DNA from: a virus
Taxonomy: Duplodnaviria; Caudoviricetes
Length of the DNA stretch: 64,000 bases
Virus record (IMG/VR): IMGVR_UViG_3300048849_000173
Coordinates: 2,104 to 66,103 of that record
Reading direction: 5' to 3' (one strand)
Positions 61,997 to 64,000 of the stretch are shown piece after piece. Below the pieces are notes generated by a model, which was given only the letters and a program-made list of their open reading frames with translations, did not search any database and was not told the origin of the DNA. The translations under genes were made by a program, and so were the position numbers. Each line of letters begins with the position of its first letter. The stretch's first letter is position 1.

Positions 61997-62761
61997 GGTC
62001 AACAAGGCATCGGCACGTGTCTGGCCCAGATTCACCGCGCAAATGGGTATGCCCAGCCGCGACGCCATCTGCGCGTAGCGGTAGCCCGAGTGCACCATCA
62101 ATGATGACCCGACGACCAGCATGCCATCGGCGCTTTCCAGCGCATCGATGGCACGCGCAATGCGTTCGCGGGGCACTGTCTCTCCGAAGAACACGACGTC
62201 GGGCTTGAGGATGCCGCCGCAGACCTGGCAGCGCGGTTCGCGAAACTGAGAAAAGTCCTGGTTGTCGAGGTCGGCGTCACCGTCGGGAGCATCGCTTGCC
62301 GCCAGGTGCACCCATTCAGGGTTGGCGCTTTCCAGCATGACCTGGACTTCGGGCCGCGGAACGACTCGCTCGCAGCCCATGCACCGGACACGATCCAGCC
62401 GCCCATGCAGGTCAAGCACGTTGGTGCTGCCCGCGGCTTCGTGCAAGCCGTCCACATTCTGCGTGACGAGCAGGACAATATGGCCCTGCGCTTCCAGGCG
62501 CGCCAGCGCGGCATGGGCGGCGTTGTGGCTCGCGCGCCCGAAGCTGCGCCAGCCGATCATGCTTCGCGCCCAGTAGCGCGCGCGCGCGACGGCGTCGCCC
62601 ATGAAGACCTGGTAGGTCATGGGGGGACGGCGTTTCCAGCCGCCGGCTTCGTCGCGGTAATCGGGAATGCCTGAATCGGTACTGCACCCTGCCCCGGTCA
62701 GGACGAAAAGCCGGGGATGGCGGGCAATGAAATCCTGAAGTGCGCTGTCGTTCACGGTCAT
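61946..62761 (-). CDS. NAD-dependent protein deacylase, class II sirtuin
   Basis: TGAGCSTDSGIPDYR, TQNVDGLH, DLHG, CxxC...CxxC, KPDVVFFGE, GSSL.V.SG.R. Confidence 0.92.
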   Translation of the reverse strand: MTVNDSALQDFIARHPRLFVLTGAGCSTDSGIPDYRDEAGGWKRRPPMTYQVFMGDAVARARYWARSMIGWRSFGRASHNAAHAALARLEAQGHIVLLVTQNVDGLHEAAGSTNVLDLHGRLDRVRCMGCERVVPRPEVQVMLESANPEWVHLAASDAPDGDADLDNQDFSQFREPRCQVCGGILKPDVVFFGETVPRERIARAIDALESADGMLVVGSSLMVHSGYRYAQMASRLGIPICAVNLGQTRADALLTLKVQQSCSVALDSLVA

Positions 62762-62880
62762 GGAGACCTTCACCTCTTGTCTGATCGCTTGATTCTAGTG
62801 GCTTTTGCGCCGCGCTCCGGTCGCGCGTTTTGGACGTCGTAAGCGAGTGTGCGCTACCATTGCCCGCGTCCAAGTGAGCC

Positions 62881-63096
62881 TTGTCCATGAAGAAAATTTT
62901 CCAATACACCCGCCGGGCCGCCCAGCGCCGCCTGTACGCGTTCGAAATGTCCGCCCGTCACCATGCGGCCACCCTGCAGTCCGAGCTGGACTTGGGTGAG
63001 CCGTCGTTCGACAAGGCGCCCAATCCCACGCTGGTGGAAGGCCCGGTGCTGCGTCGCAAGATTACCGACACCGAGTACGACGGGCACGTCGGCTGA
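62881..63096 (+). CDS. Small hypothetical protein (host)
   Basis: 71-aa protein-like ORF. Confidence 0.45.
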   Translation: MSMKKIFQYTRRAAQRRLYAFEMSARHHAATLQSELDLGEPSFDKAPNPTLVEGPVLRRKITDTEYDGHVG

Positions 63097-63204
63097 TCCC
63101 GCACGCATCACGCTGACATATCTCGTTACCCTCAGGCCATTTTTGCTCCACATTGCGGGGCGAAAATGATTTCATCCGCAAACACCGCGGAGCTGGAGGT
63201 CACA

Positions 63205-63606
63205 ATGAAACGCGTCGCAACCGGACTTTTGCTCATCGCAACCTTGACCATGGCAGGCCAGGCCGCTGCATGGGGTGGCGGCCGGGGGCATGGCGGCCAC
63301 GGCGGACATGGTGGTGGCCATCGCGGCGGCGGCAATGTCGCTGGCGCCCTGATCGGTGGCGCCGTGATCGGCGCGCTGCTTGGCTCGGCTGCCACGCGCT
63401 ATTACGAACCGCCTGTCGTCTACTCGGCGCCGCAGCCCGTGTACGTACCGCCGCCACAGGTTGTGTATGAAGCGCCCCCGCCGGTCGTGTATGTGCGCCC
63501 GCGTGAACGCTGCTTCGATACCTATCTGCAGGAATACGTGCCCTGCTACGCACCGCGTCCGCGCCATCGGGACTACCCGCCGGCGGACTATTACTACGGC
63601 CGCTGA
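63205..63606 (+). CDS. Exported Gly/Pro-rich protein (glycine zipper, PVYV repeats)
   Basis: GGAGG RBS, signal peptide, GALIGGAVIGALLG, PPVVY repeats. Confidence 0.75.
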   Translation: MKRVATGLLLIATLTMAGQAAAWGGGRGHGGHGGHGGGHRGGGNVAGALIGGAVIGALLGSAATRYYEPPVVYSAPQPVYVPPPQVVYEAPPPVVYVRPRERCFDTYLQEYVPCYAPRPRHRDYPPADYYYGR

Positions 63607-63614
63607 GCTGAATG

Positions 63615-63642
63615 AACAAAGGGACCGAAAGGTCCCTTTGTT
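63615..63642. terminator. Bidirectional terminator
   Basis: AACAAAGGGACC-GAAA-GGTCCCTTTGTT between convergent genes. Confidence 0.85.
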
Positions 63643-63655
63643 TTGCGCCGTGCGA

Positions 63656-64000
63656 TTACTTCTTCTTTTTCTTCTTTTTCTTGCCGTCGGCGTCGTCCGA
63701 TGCGTCATTGGACGCCTCGGTCGCAACTTCCAGGGCCGGTTCGAATTCGATGTCAATCTCCTCGTCCAGCGTCTGCTCGTAGACGGTACCGCAAAATTCA
63801 CCCCACAGCGCCACGGCTGCCTTGCGCGCCGCGCTCAGGCTCTGCCCTGAGATTTCAGGCGTGCCCAGGGGGTCCAGAACCTGATGCGTGGTCTTGTCGT
63901 CGACGACGATTTCGATGATTGCCGCTGCGCCGCTGTCATACCAGCCGACGATCCGTGCAATGGGCGCCGTTGTCGTATCGGTTCGCGATGTATCCGCCAT
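63656..64000 (-). CDS. Hypothetical protein with acidic C-region and poly-Lys tail (may extend beyond the window)
   Basis: ORF touches the window edge. Confidence 0.55.
   Translation of the reverse strand: MADTSRTDTTTAPIARIVGWYDSGAAAIIEIVVDDKTTHQVLDPLGTPEISGQSLSAARKAAVALWGEFCGTVYEQTLDEEIDIEFEPALEVATEASNDASDDADGKKKKKKKK

Noticed and set aside
61946-62773. Sirtuin as a Sir2-type defence effector
   Set aside because: It has full class II housekeeping deacylase motifs with a Zn domain, lies outside the prophage and has no defence partner genes.

Overview
About 60.7 kb of this window is one integrated prophage of a GC-rich (probably beta-) proteobacterium. It sits at the 3' end of a tRNA-Cys (60607-60680, - strand); its far att site is not in the window and presumably lies beyond the left edge. 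The phage is a mosaic. Its morphogenesis genes are P1-like myovirus genes (PacA/PacB-like terminase, Pro-like head protease, gp23-like capsid, sheath, tube, baseplate, PAAR, Sit-like transglycosylase, Prt-like portal, DarA/Hdf-like head proteins). Its control and replication genes are lambdoid (cI/cro with GTAGC-N4-GCTAC operators, an O-like initiator with internal iterons, DnaB, a Dcm-type methylase, Xis and a tyrosine integrase). At the left end, an SOS module (umuDC, SRAP) is split by about 5.6 kb of cargo. In that cargo, unrelated genes are bracketed by alternating-orientation, recombinase-core-like short repeats around a small frameshifted tyrosine recombinase, a candidate cassette or module system. 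Other signals read directly from the sequence: a late-promoter motif (GGAAAA-N29/30-TAnnnT) at 8 sites, several apparently leaderless genes, a candidate pac repeat cluster inside terS, a portal with a C-terminal nuclease-like extension behind LDS motifs, and a HEPN-motif cargo gene. The last ~3.3 kb is host chromosome (lipoprotein, class II sirtuin, small hypotheticals). All family assignments come from motif recognition by eye; no database searches were run.
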